NCBI GenBank assembly: GCA_964521095.1
Contig: CAZFPJ010000001.1
Coordinates: 224,166 to 288,165, forward strand
Reading direction: 5' to 3'
Length of the DNA: 64,000 nt
DNA from: an uncultured Candidatus Saccharibacteria bacterium
GTDB taxonomy: Bacteria; Patescibacteriota; Saccharimonadia; Saccharimonadales; 2-12-FULL-41-12
The position numbers and the translations under genes are program-made. Positions 37,620-46,068 of this stretch are shown in pieces. The stretch's first letter is position 1. Every line of letters begins with the position of its first letter. The notes beneath the pieces are model-generated. The model was not told the DNA's origin. It did no database searches and saw nothing but the letters and a program-made list of their open reading frames with translations.

Positions 37620-37694
37620 TTTTCCTCGCCTAAACTTAAGCTTTCGCTATTAATACTATCTTATATACAAGGGGTAAGGCAACCCCTCTTGGCG

Positions 37695-38912
37695 CTATTG
37701 GAGCTTGGCTAGCCCCGCATCCAATTGAGTGTCCCTTTTGGCACTAATATCGGCGTCGGACAATTTTACTTCTTGATCTGGCTCTATACCCTGCTTGTCG
37801 ATGTTGTGGCCGTTGGGAGTAAACCAACGAGCAATAGTTACTTTCAGTATCGCTCCGCCTGTAAGCTCTCGAACCTCTTGCACGCTACCCTTGCCATAGC
37901 TCTTGGCGCCAACCAAGGTAGCTACCTTGTTATCGCGAAGCGCACCAGCCGTAATCTCGCTAGCGCTAGCACTACCCTCGTCAATCAGAACCACCGTAGG
38001 CACACCCTTAAGTGTAGCTGTCCCGCTAGAATAAAATGTTTTCACTGCTACATTGTTGCGCTTTTCCTGGAGGATTGTCGCGCCTTTATCTAGCCATAAA
38101 CTAGACACACCAACTGCTGCATCAAGCCGTCCGCCTGGGTTGCCTCGCAGATCAAGTACCACCCCTTTAACCCCTTTTTGCCGAAAATCATTAGCCGATT
38201 TCGCTGCAAGCTCGACCGTATCATCTCCGTAGCGATTAATTGTCATGACCCCGATATTACCATCTACAATTTTGCTCTCCACGCTAGGTAAAGCAATCGT
38301 GTCGCGGGTAATCGTCACTTCAAAAGACTTACTGTCTCGGACAATTTTGAGTTTAACTGGGGTACCCTTCGGCCCTCGAATCTTATTGACGGCCTGGTTA
38401 ACACTGGCATTGTCCAGGCTCTCGCCATTGGCCTCTACAATTATATCTCTGGGCTTTAGGCCCGCTTTTTCGGCTGGAAAGCCAGCAATCGGCGACACTA
38501 TAACAATATTACTACCATCTTTACTGAGCTCTGCGCCAATGCCTTCAAAAGATCCACTAAGTTGTTCGTTAAACTTCTTAGCCTCGGTTGCATTCATAAA
38601 TTCCGTATATGGATCACCGGTAGCACCCACCAAACCTTGTTTCATGCCGTCTTGTAGTTTTTGGGTATCAAGCTGTCCGTCAAAACTCTGGCGAAGCATC
38701 TGATAAACTTCTTGGGTGCTAGTCGTATCTATCCTTGCTGGCGCGTTTTGTTGGGTCGAACGACGATACAGTGCATCTGGACCAAAAACAATCTTGCCCT
38801 GACCAAAACCAACCCCTACGCCAAATACTGCCAACAAAATCGCTACATTCAAGCCCGACTTTAAAACGGTTTTTACTCTTTTGTTCTGTAATTGCTTTGG
38901 CAATTTCAACAT
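37695..38912 (-). CDS. ctpA: S41 C-terminal processing peptidase with PDZ domain
   Basis: N-terminal TM segment, PDZ domain (GLKPRDIIVEANGE), DLRGNPGG, GSASASE, and catalytic-Lys-region SYGKGSVQ. Confidence 0.88.
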   Translation of the reverse strand: MLKLPKQLQNKRVKTVLKSGLNVAILLAVFGVGVGFGQGKIVFGPDALYRRSTQQNAPARIDTTSTQEVYQMLRQSFDGQLDTQKLQDGMKQGLVGATGDPYTEFMNATEAKKFNEQLSGSFEGIGAELSKDGSNIVIVSPIAGFPAEKAGLKPRDIIVEANGESLDNASVNQAVNKIRGPKGTPVKLKIVRDSKSFEVTITRDTIALPSVESKIVDGNIGVMTINRYGDDTVELAAKSANDFRQKGVKGVVLDLRGNPGGRLDAAVGVSSLWLDKGATILQEKRNNVAVKTFYSSGTATLKGVPTVVLIDEGSASASEITAGALRDNKVATLVGAKSYGKGSVQEVRELTGGAILKVTIARWFTPNGHNIDKQGIEPDQEVKLSDADISAKRDTQLDAGLAKLQ

Positions 38913-39007
38913 ACAGCCTACTCTTCTCCCCTTTTGTTTGTTGCTTCTACTAAAACTATTCTAACACTTTATAGTCGGAATATTATTAGAAAATTGCCAC
39001 CAAAAAA

Positions 39008-40159
39008 CTAGTAATAGGTATTGTAATTACAGGCCGCTGGCCCGCCACTCATGTGAGCATAAACACTTTTTGTACCATTACTGTGTTCGATTATGGCGAC
39101 ATATCCATACTCATTACGACTAGTGCCAAGCATCTGGTTCGAACAGCCTCTGTACATATGTCCGCTAGCTATAGCAAAGATTGGCGCACCAGCAGGACCA
39201 GCATAGTCAATACCCGGGTGGTAACCCCTTGCATATATGGGGTCAGGATTGCCAAATGCCTGGCTAATCCAGCCCGGAGGCATATTTATTGGCTTTGACT
39301 GAATGTAAGGAGCGGGATTTATAACTCCATTACCACTACGAACTTCGAGGTGCAAGTGAGGCCCAGAAGACAAACCAGTACTGCCAATAGAGCCTACAAC
39401 ATCACCCGCAGAGACCGGCCCAACAGAAGCAACTCTATAGCTACCGCTGTTCAAGGCTCTAGCTAACGCCGATTCGGCGGCAGCCTGCTGTTTTTTTAAC
39501 TCTTCAACTTTACCTCTATAAGCAGCTTCTTGGCCCTGTGTTTGAGCTAGCAAACTAGCTCTGTTAGCCCTAGAGTCGTCCAAAGCCTTCTTTGATGCCT
39601 CAAGTATCTTAAGCTGTTGCTTTTGCTCTTCCTGCTGCCCAGCAATCTGTTGCTTTAATTTTATAACTTTGTCTGTAGACTCCTGAATGCCGACCTTTAG
39701 GCGCTCCAAATATTCTTGCTCGTCTATATATTGAGAAAAACTATCGCTCCCGACCAATAACTCAACAGAAGATGCATCGCCTCTCTTGTACAAAGCCCTC
39801 ATATTAGCTTTTAGCAGACTTTTTTGGCGGTCCAACTCTTTTTGAGCATTATCCAACTCTATCTGAAGTTGCTTGATCTTTGTAGTCGTAAGTTCAATCT
39901 GGGTACTCGATTGTTGTATCTGGATGTCTAACGATCCAATCGCCGCCTTTAGAGTGTCCCCCTCTGCTTTTAGGGCTTCGGCCTGAGCCTTGTTGGCGTC
40001 TATCTCTTTCTGTAACTGTGCGGACTTAGCCTTTAGCTGGTCAACCGACTCGGCCTCAGTTCGTCTTGTAGAAAACGGAGCAAAACTAAAACTCAACAAG
40101 AACATACCAACCAACAGGACTGGTAGACTTCGTGACGCTAGTTGTTTTGGCGTTTTCAT
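39008..40159 (-). CDS. Coiled-coil M23/LytM peptidase (EnvC/PcsB-like), with catalytic motifs in permuted order
   Basis: Signal/TM segment, then a roughly 200-aa coiled coil. STGLSSGPHLHLE (HxH, 39356-39364 region) then PRECEDES GYHPGIDY (HxxxD, H at 39218-39220). I chose the start at ATG 40159 (MKTPKQL...) rather than 40285. Confidence 0.8.
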   Translation of the reverse strand: MKTPKQLASRSLPVLLVGMFLLSFSFAPFSTRRTEAESVDQLKAKSAQLQKEIDANKAQAEALKAEGDTLKAAIGSLDIQIQQSSTQIELTTTKIKQLQIELDNAQKELDRQKSLLKANMRALYKRGDASSVELLVGSDSFSQYIDEQEYLERLKVGIQESTDKVIKLKQQIAGQQEEQKQQLKILEASKKALDDSRANRASLLAQTQGQEAAYRGKVEELKKQQAAAESALARALNSGSYRVASVGPVSAGDVVGSIGSTGLSSGPHLHLEVRSGNGVINPAPYIQSKPINMPPGWISQAFGNPDPIYARGYHPGIDYAGPAGAPIFAIASGHMYRGCSNQMLGTSRNEYGYVAIIEHSNGTKSVYAHMSGGPAACNYNTYY

Positions 40160-40196
40160 TTTCACTCTGTTTATTTTGGCTAATTTACCATCCGTA

Positions 40197-40225
40197 ATTA
40201 TACGCTTATGCCTTAAAAAATACAA
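40197..40225 (-). promoter_or_regulatory. Candidate promoter TTGTAT-17-TATAAT (minus strand)
   Basis: It lies in the ftsX-M23 intergenic region, about 38 nt upstream of ATG 40159. Confidence 0.45.
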
Positions 40226-40300
40226 GACCCCTACCCTCCTTAAAAAACACGAGTTACCTAAGTGCCGGACCCGCAGACTATACAAGATACCATGCCAAGC

Positions 40301-41257
40301 TTACCATCGCTTGAGTTTGAGATATTTTTCCATCGCAAGCGCGCTAGAGAACATGCCCACCAAAATACCTACCAAGATAGTAGCAAGATAAACTACGATC
40401 ATGGTTGACGGCTTAGTAAAGAACTCATAAGTTGCAGAAAACTCTGCTTGCGAAGATATCTTGGTGCCAATAGACAATATGATTGAATAAACCGCAGTTG
40501 ATGCGATGATTCCGGCGACTACTCCATAAATCGCCGTCTCTACCAAAAACGGACCCCTAATATAACCCGGTGTAGCGCCAATCAACTTCATGTTACGAAT
40601 CTCTTCGTTGCGTGTATATATAGCAATCCTAATCGTATTAAAAATTATCAAGATAGAAATAACCGTAAAAATACTCGCCGCCACTATGCTGGCAGAGGTT
40701 ATAAACTTCTGGACAGAAGCAGCCCGGTCAATCGTCTTCCTGGCGTCTGTACGACCCAAAGTTATACTATCTACCACACTACTAAATTGCTCCTGCTTGG
40801 CAACCTTCTCTATATCACCCAACTTACTCAGATCTTTCACACTTATCTCATAGGATGCCGGCAAGGTGTCTCCACCGAGCAAAGTCAGCCCTTCCAGCAA
40901 CTGCGCGTCGTTCTTGAAGCTACTAGAAAATCGCTCTTTGGCAACATCTTTCGACACATAGTCGACACTCTGCACTTCTGGGTTCAAAAGCAACGCTTTT
41001 TGTAGTTCTTTTGTGACATCTGGATTAGCATTGTCCTTTAAATAAATAGATACTTTCAAGTTTTTAGACAACTCGCCAATAGCATTATTGGCAGTAACAT
41101 TCAGAACAACCGTAAACAAGATAATCACCAATGCCACCAGCATGACAGCAATAGCAGCGATACTCAGCCACGCGTTCCTAAAAACATTGTGAGCACCAGC
41201 TTTAAGTATCCTATAAAAAGTAATGATCCGATGTTTTAGGTCTAATTCGCGCTTCAT
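40301..41257 (-). CDS. ftsX: Cell division ABC transporter permease-like protein FtsX
   Basis: 318 aa. The topology is TM1, a large extracytoplasmic loop, then 3 TM segments. Its start overlaps the ftsE stop. Confidence 0.85.
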   Translation of the reverse strand: MKRELDLKHRIITFYRILKAGAHNVFRNAWLSIAAIAVMLVALVIILFTVVLNVTANNAIGELSKNLKVSIYLKDNANPDVTKELQKALLLNPEVQSVDYVSKDVAKERFSSSFKNDAQLLEGLTLLGGDTLPASYEISVKDLSKLGDIEKVAKQEQFSSVVDSITLGRTDARKTIDRAASVQKFITSASIVAASIFTVISILIIFNTIRIAIYTRNEEIRNMKLIGATPGYIRGPFLVETAIYGVVAGIIASTAVYSIILSIGTKISSQAEFSATYEFFTKPSTMIVVYLATILVGILVGMFSSALAMEKYLKLKRW

Positions 41258-41937
41258 TCTTTGTATTCTCCACCGGCTTTATCGCTAACTATCACGCCCT
41301 TTTCGATGCGAATTACTCGCCTTTTTAAACGATTCACCACCTCCTGGTTGTGTGTCGTCAAAAGCACCGTTGTGCCATAGCGATTAATCTTTTCTAGGAC
41401 TTTTATGACATCCCACGCGTGCTTGGGATCAAGATTACCTGTTGGCTCATCAGCAATCAATATCTTTGGTTGCCGCACCACCGCCCTAGCAATCGCCACT
41501 CGCTGGCGCTCGCCACCAGATAGCTCGCTCGGATAGCTATTTTCTTTACCTTTTAGCCCTACTATATTCAAAACTTTTGGCACAGTATGTTGTATTTCTC
41601 TGTTGCTCATGCCAACTATCTCTAGCGCAAATGCCACATTTTCAAAAACTGTTTTGTTAGAAAGCAATTTAAAATCCTGAAAAACCACGCCAATCCGCCG
41701 TCGTAATTGTGGAATATTACGATCTTTCAATTTATCGTAGTCTATCCCGCCAACAATTATTTTGCCGCTAGTTGGCCGTTCCTCGCGAGTTAGAAGCTTA
41801 AGCAATGTCGACTTGCCGGCACCAGACGGACCAATAATTATCACAAATTCCTTGGGCTCTACATGCAAATTCATCCGCTCTATAGCAGCCCCGCCTCGCT
41901 TTGTATAGTTTTTGCTTACTCTGTCCAACAGAATCAT
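41254..41937 (-). CDS. ftsE: Cell division ATP-binding protein FtsE
   Basis: Walker A GPSGAGKST, signature LSGGERQR, Walker B ILIADEPTGNLD. Confidence 0.92.
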   Translation of the reverse strand: MILLDRVSKNYTKRGGAAIERMNLHVEPKEFVIIIGPSGAGKSTLLKLLTREERPTSGKIIVGGIDYDKLKDRNIPQLRRRIGVVFQDFKLLSNKTVFENVAFALEIVGMSNREIQHTVPKVLNIVGLKGKENSYPSELSGGERQRVAIARAVVRQPKILIADEPTGNLDPKHAWDVIKVLEKINRYGTTVLLTTHNQEVVNRLKRRVIRIEKGVIVSDKAGGEYKE

Positions 41938-42016
41938 ATATAAGCATTATAGCAAACATCAAAACTCCTGCCTCAAGACTTTGTATTATCCACATATAGC
42001 CTAGCAACAGATATAC

Positions 42017-42045
42017 TTGACTAAAACGCATATTTAATATATAAT
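42017..42045 (+). promoter_or_regulatory. Sigma-70-type promoter TTGACT-17-TATAAT
   Basis: Consensus hexamers, followed by an AAAGGAG RBS about 10 nt before ATG 42100. Confidence 0.5.
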
Positions 42046-42099
42046 GAGCGAAGTGCAAAAGCATAACTACTAAATCTACAAAAAGGAGATTTACAAAAA

Positions 42100-42321
42100 A
42101 TGGAACAAGCAAGCATACCAAAACCACAAGATGACTCCCAGGTTCAAGAATGGGAAGCTATACTAGCTAGCGAAAACATGCCAGCAGAATTAATCAATAA
42201 CGATATCCCTAGCGGTGACGCCCTCGATATTAATGACCCTGTCGCTGCCAAAGACCGTAACGAGCAAGTAAAAATAGAAGAACGCAGCGAAATTATCTTC
42301 GACAAATCCGAAGAACAGTAA
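42100..42321 (+). CDS. Hypothetical small acidic protein
   Basis: 73 aa with a good RBS. It is the first gene of a 3-gene orphan cluster. Confidence 0.45.
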   Translation: MEQASIPKPQDDSQVQEWEAILASENMPAELINNDIPSGDALDINDPVAAKDRNEQVKIEERSEIIFDKSEEQ

Positions 42322-42332
42322 AGGACAGGCAT

Positions 42333-42911
42333 ATGGCCAACGAGATAATCAAGAACAATCAGCAGGAGCTAATACTACAACGAGCAAAAACGCTCGAGCA
42401 AGTTAGTGAGTGGCCACAACACCAAGACATTAGCAAACGCGCCCAACGAGAGGTGCTCAAGACTATGGTCGCTCTCCCTGCAGAACCCAGCGAAGCTCAG
42501 GCAGATAAGCTTCTTGATCTAGTTGGCGACCATCATAAAGTTAAACTTCGCGAAGTCTTGCCCGCACAGTCTGTAAAAGCAATCATTGGCGAACGAGACC
42601 CTAAATATACTGTAAGCGACCTTGCCACCGAATTTGGTGTAGATAAAGTATATGCCGCCATAGACTACATGTGGGAGCTCGGTGAGAGCAAAAAAGACGA
42701 CGAAGAAAGTCATCAAGAAAAGCTTGATACAGTCGCGGTACTTGGTGCTACCAAAATTGCATCTGTACACGACTTAGACACATCCCAAGAAATATCTAGT
42801 TTGGTAGAAAGATACTCTGAAGAACGCGAGATCAGCGTTGTTGCTGGATTTAATGAGCTAGTAGCCATCGACGCCGACGAAGCTAGTCTGCGCATGGATC
42901 ACAAGCTCTAA
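42333..42911 (+). CDS. Hypothetical protein
   Basis: 192-aa acidic ORF. It starts 12 nt after the previous ORF. Confidence 0.55.
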   Translation: MANEIIKNNQQELILQRAKTLEQVSEWPQHQDISKRAQREVLKTMVALPAEPSEAQADKLLDLVGDHHKVKLREVLPAQSVKAIIGERDPKYTVSDLATEFGVDKVYAAIDYMWELGESKKDDEESHQEKLDTVAVLGATKIASVHDLDTSQEISSLVERYSEEREISVVAGFNELVAIDADEASLRMDHKL

Positions 42912-42931
42912 TATTATAAAGGTTTAAGAAC

Positions 42932-43981
42932 ATGTTATTCGCCGACTCACCTTTAGAACGCCTACACCTAGACCCCGAACTAGTGCAAAGTGTTGGTGAA
43001 GACCCAGAGCTAATGCGCAAACTAGCGCGAAGTGGCTTTAGGACTATAGTTGCGGTTAATCACCCCGATGTCGGTGGAGACGGCAGCTTAATAGACCAAG
43101 CCAAAGACGCCATAGACGAGATTGACGAAGCCGAAGATTCGGAGATTACAGACCTCGTAGACGAATTTCTTACAGAACGGTTAAATGACCCAGATGCCAT
43201 ACAAGAGACGCTAAAAAATGACGAGAGAATATTACAAGCAGAACGCAATAAGCGAATCGCCGAAACCTCTGCCCTGCTAAAGTGCGGTCTGTCAGAAAAA
43301 CCAAAGTTTAAAAAAATGATTCTACAAATTGGGATTCAACCCCCGTTGAATGAGGATGACCCATGGACTATGTTAAGCGACGACCCAAACCCAGACCCTC
43401 TTGATGTCATCATCAGCCACACCCCCAACCTAGTTCTTCTCGACTCTAGCCTTAAGGGCAGTAGTCTTGAGCTTCAACCCGAAGACATAAGTTTTTTTGA
43501 CAAACACAGAGCCGGTAGCACAGAAGACTTCGAAGACGAAACCGGAGGCAGTTCTGGCACAAACTTAAGGCGCGACGATTTCAAGATACATAACGACGGC
43601 ACAGTTAGTTTGCAAAATATGAACGACGAAAGCATGAACGACCCGAGCAATGAAGATGCTATCTACAGACAGTTCAAACCCACACCTCTGCACCTATCGA
43701 GCGTTAAGCCCAGAATTCTAGGAGTTGTAAAACGAGAAGACCTAGAGGAAAGCCTAAAGCACAACCCCCTACAAGCTACTGCTAGCCCATCCAGCACCCT
43801 CCAGCTAACACATAATCAAGACGCCGATTCTATCAACTGGAGCCCCGTATCAATAGCGCCTTGGCTAGGATATATGGAGCCAGCAACCGCCAAAAATATA
43901 GAAGGCCAATACATAGTCGTTGCTAACGAAGACGCCGACCAAGTAGCTATACTGGGCTTGGTCCGCCGACTAGAAACCTAG
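42932..43981 (+). CDS. Hypothetical protein with N-terminal J-domain-like segment (HPD motif)
   Basis: ELMRKLARSGFRTIVAVNHPDVGGDGSLIDQAKDAIDEI resembles J-domain helices II/III. HPD is encoded at 43061-43069. The rest of the protein is an orphan. Confidence 0.55.
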   Translation: MLFADSPLERLHLDPELVQSVGEDPELMRKLARSGFRTIVAVNHPDVGGDGSLIDQAKDAIDEIDEAEDSEITDLVDEFLTERLNDPDAIQETLKNDERILQAERNKRIAETSALLKCGLSEKPKFKKMILQIGIQPPLNEDDPWTMLSDDPNPDPLDVIISHTPNLVLLDSSLKGSSLELQPEDISFFDKHRAGSTEDFEDETGGSSGTNLRRDDFKIHNDGTVSLQNMNDESMNDPSNEDAIYRQFKPTPLHLSSVKPRILGVVKREDLEESLKHNPLQATASPSSTLQLTHNQDADSINWSPVSIAPWLGYMEPATAKNIEGQYIVVANEDADQVAILGLVRRLET

Positions 43982-44046
43982 TCTATATATTCTCTTAAAA
44001 GTACCTGCCTGCTTTACAAAGATCCTTGCAAGCATTGCGCTCATGG

Positions 44047-44075
44047 TTGCATCTGGTAGCCATTTCGTCATAATT
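44047..44075 (+). promoter_or_regulatory. Candidate promoter TTGCAT-16/17-(C)ATAAT(T)
   Basis: It lies upstream of an AAAGGAG RBS and the GTG start at 44095. Confidence 0.4.
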
Positions 44076-44094
44076 ATTTAAAAAGGAGTTTGCC

Positions 44095-44883
44095 GTGTCG
44101 GAAATTTTAGAAAACGAACAAAGGCTATCTGCCAATGAATACCCTGGTCGAGGGATCATACAGGGGCTAGGGCCCGACGGAGAAAGTGCTATTCAAATCT
44201 ATTGGCTCGAGGGACGAAGCGAAGGCTCCCGTAATCGCATCCTCGAAGAGAACGAAGGGGTTGTCCGTACTGCACCATATAAAGAGGTTGAAGGAGAAGA
44301 TCACAGCCTAACTATCTATAACGCTATGCGAGGAGACAAAGTTCGAAGGCTACACGAAAAATATGATGCTAATTTTCATATTGTCTCTAACGGCCATCAA
44401 ACAGATCCAATCTTCGAAAAAGTATCCCACGAGCAATATCTAATATCACGCTTTAACGCATTCGGGGAGGCTCTCCTAAATTGGGCTTATGAACCTGACA
44501 AACCAAATTTTACTCCTAGAATATCTGGGATGATATATATCCAAAATCTATACGCTCAGAGCAGATTATCGATTATTAAACGTGTAACCGAATATGGAGA
44601 GATTGACCGTTCATTAGATGCTACAGAGTTTCTGCCAACCCCTGAAGTATATGAAAGAAATAAAGGGTTGGGAAAATGCGTTCATACTTATGATGGAGAT
44701 GGCGATCCAATCCCTTCCTTCTCTGGCGATCCTTATACCGTGGGGCTAGAACAAACTGCCGAAGAAAATGCCGAAAAATTCGCAGAGATCCTAGCTGGCG
44801 ACAATTTTGTTAGCCTGGTCGCCAAAGCCATTCCCCTTGATGGATCAAAACCGACCTTCCACATCATCAACAAGAATCAATAA
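44095..44883 (+). CDS. IMP cyclohydrolase-like (archaeal PurO family-like) protein
   Basis: N-terminus YPGRGIIQGLGPDGESAIQIYWLEGRSEGSRNR matches the remembered PurO pattern Y-x-GR...G....Y.V..RS..SRNR. The assignment is from memory only. Confidence 0.55.
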   Translation: MSEILENEQRLSANEYPGRGIIQGLGPDGESAIQIYWLEGRSEGSRNRILEENEGVVRTAPYKEVEGEDHSLTIYNAMRGDKVRRLHEKYDANFHIVSNGHQTDPIFEKVSHEQYLISRFNAFGEALLNWAYEPDKPNFTPRISGMIYIQNLYAQSRLSIIKRVTEYGEIDRSLDATEFLPTPEVYERNKGLGKCVHTYDGDGDPIPSFSGDPYTVGLEQTAEENAEKFAEILAGDNFVSLVAKAIPLDGSKPTFHIINKNQ

Positions 44884-44889
44884 TAAACA

Positions 44890-45975
44890 CTAGTTATTAG
44901 TTAAGTCTTTGGCGTTTGCCTCAATAAAACCCGATAAATCGCCGTCGAGAACTTTATCGACATCAGTCGTCTCGTGTTTTGTGCGCAGGTCTTTGACTTG
45001 TTTGTACGGATGCAACACATAGTTGCGAATCTGGCTTCCCCACTCATTAGCCTGGGCAGGGCCTTTTAGTTCTGCGATAGTTTCTTTATGTTGCTCTAGT
45101 TGTAAAGACGCTAATTTGGAGCGCAAAATAGTTAGTGCTGTTTCTTTGTTCTGAATCTGCGAGCGTTCGTTTTGGATGCTTACCGTGATGTTAGTCGGTA
45201 AGTGCGTCACGCGCACAGCAGAGTCTGTAGTATTAACACTCTGTCCGCCATGCCCACCTGCACGAAATACATCAATCCGTAAATCTTTGTCGTCCAGCGG
45301 TACTTGTTCGGGCGTTTCAACTTCGGGCAAAACTTCAACTTTTGCAAAACTGGTTTGGCGTAGATTGTCAGAGTTAAAAGGGCTAAGTCGCACCAAGCGG
45401 TGTACACCATGTTCGCCTTTCAATTTCCCGTATGCCAGATTGCCTTTTGCCTCTAAAGTTGCACTTTTTATACCTGCTTCGTCACCGCTGGACTCATCGA
45501 GAAGCCTAATACTAAAGCCAGACTTTTCTGCCCAACGAGAGTACATTCGCAGGAGCATCTGTGTCCAATCTTGCGCATCGGTTCCGCCTGCTCCTGCATA
45601 AAAATTTAAGATAGCATTGCCGTGATCGTATGGCCCACTATAGGCTAGCTCTTTTTGCATATCCCGAAACTGATTTTGTAGTTTTTGCAGTTGTTGTTCT
45701 ATCTCGGCAAGCAGAGACTCATCGCCCAGCCCAACAAGTTCTTGCGTGTCTTTTGCGGAAGCCAACAGATCATCCCATGGCAAAATTTGCTGTTCGCTAG
45801 ACGCGATCTTTTGCATAACAGCTTGTGCAGACTGATTATCTTGCCAAAAATTTTCGGCTTGTGACTGCGTTCTTAACGCTTCTAACTCTGTTTTTTTAGA
45901 ATCAATATCTAAAGATTGTCTTGCACTTGTAATATCTTTTACTAAACCGCTAACACTCTGCTTTAATTCTTGCAT
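44890..45975 (-). CDS. prfB: Peptide chain release factor 2 (single uninterrupted frame)
   Basis: The SPF tripeptide (RLSPFNS), GGQ (AGGHGGQSVN), and a full-length 361-aa ORF with no frameshift site. Confidence 0.93.
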   Translation of the reverse strand: MQELKQSVSGLVKDITSARQSLDIDSKKTELEALRTQSQAENFWQDNQSAQAVMQKIASSEQQILPWDDLLASAKDTQELVGLGDESLLAEIEQQLQKLQNQFRDMQKELAYSGPYDHGNAILNFYAGAGGTDAQDWTQMLLRMYSRWAEKSGFSIRLLDESSGDEAGIKSATLEAKGNLAYGKLKGEHGVHRLVRLSPFNSDNLRQTSFAKVEVLPEVETPEQVPLDDKDLRIDVFRAGGHGGQSVNTTDSAVRVTHLPTNITVSIQNERSQIQNKETALTILRSKLASLQLEQHKETIAELKGPAQANEWGSQIRNYVLHPYKQVKDLRTKHETTDVDKVLDGDLSGFIEANAKDLTNN

Positions 45976-46033
45976 ATCTACTAGACTACTCTATAAACCC
46001 TCTCTCCACCAACATTCTCTGATTGATCAACTA

Positions 46034-46062
46034 TTGACTTTTATGCAGTATTATGATAGTAT
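46034..46062 (+). promoter_or_regulatory. Candidate promoter TTGACT-17-TAGTAT
   Basis: The -10 box ends 6 nt before ATG 46069. That implies a leaderless mRNA. Confidence 0.45.
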
Positions 46063-46068
46063 GCATAG

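Noticed and set aside
37620-37694. The hairpin AGGGG-ttgcctta-CCCCT downstream of ctpA as a terminator or pyrG leader element.
   Set aside because: The stem is only 5-6 bp, and no U-tract follows it on the minus strand. That is too weak to call.
40160-40285. A 42-codon N-terminal extension of the M23 peptidase ORF. Similar extensions occur for greA (61560-61601) and proS (62883-62915).
   Set aside because: Internal ATGs give canonical N-termini (signal peptide MKTPKQL, GreA MKKQFHMTKEG with a GGAG RBS, ProRS MKVSGLF). The extensions are Cys/Arg-rich and unconserved-looking.
41798-42127. A 109-aa minus-strand ORF spanning the ftsE start and the upstream intergenic region.
   Set aside because: It overlaps the well-supported ftsE N-terminus out of frame and also overlaps the consensus + strand promoter. 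Its sequence is hydrophobic and junk-like.
44890-45975. The programmed +1 frameshift site expected in many prfB genes.
   Set aside because: The ORF is full-length (361 aa) from its ATG with no in-frame UGA near codon 25. This prfB is simply unframeshifted, as in a minority of bacteria.
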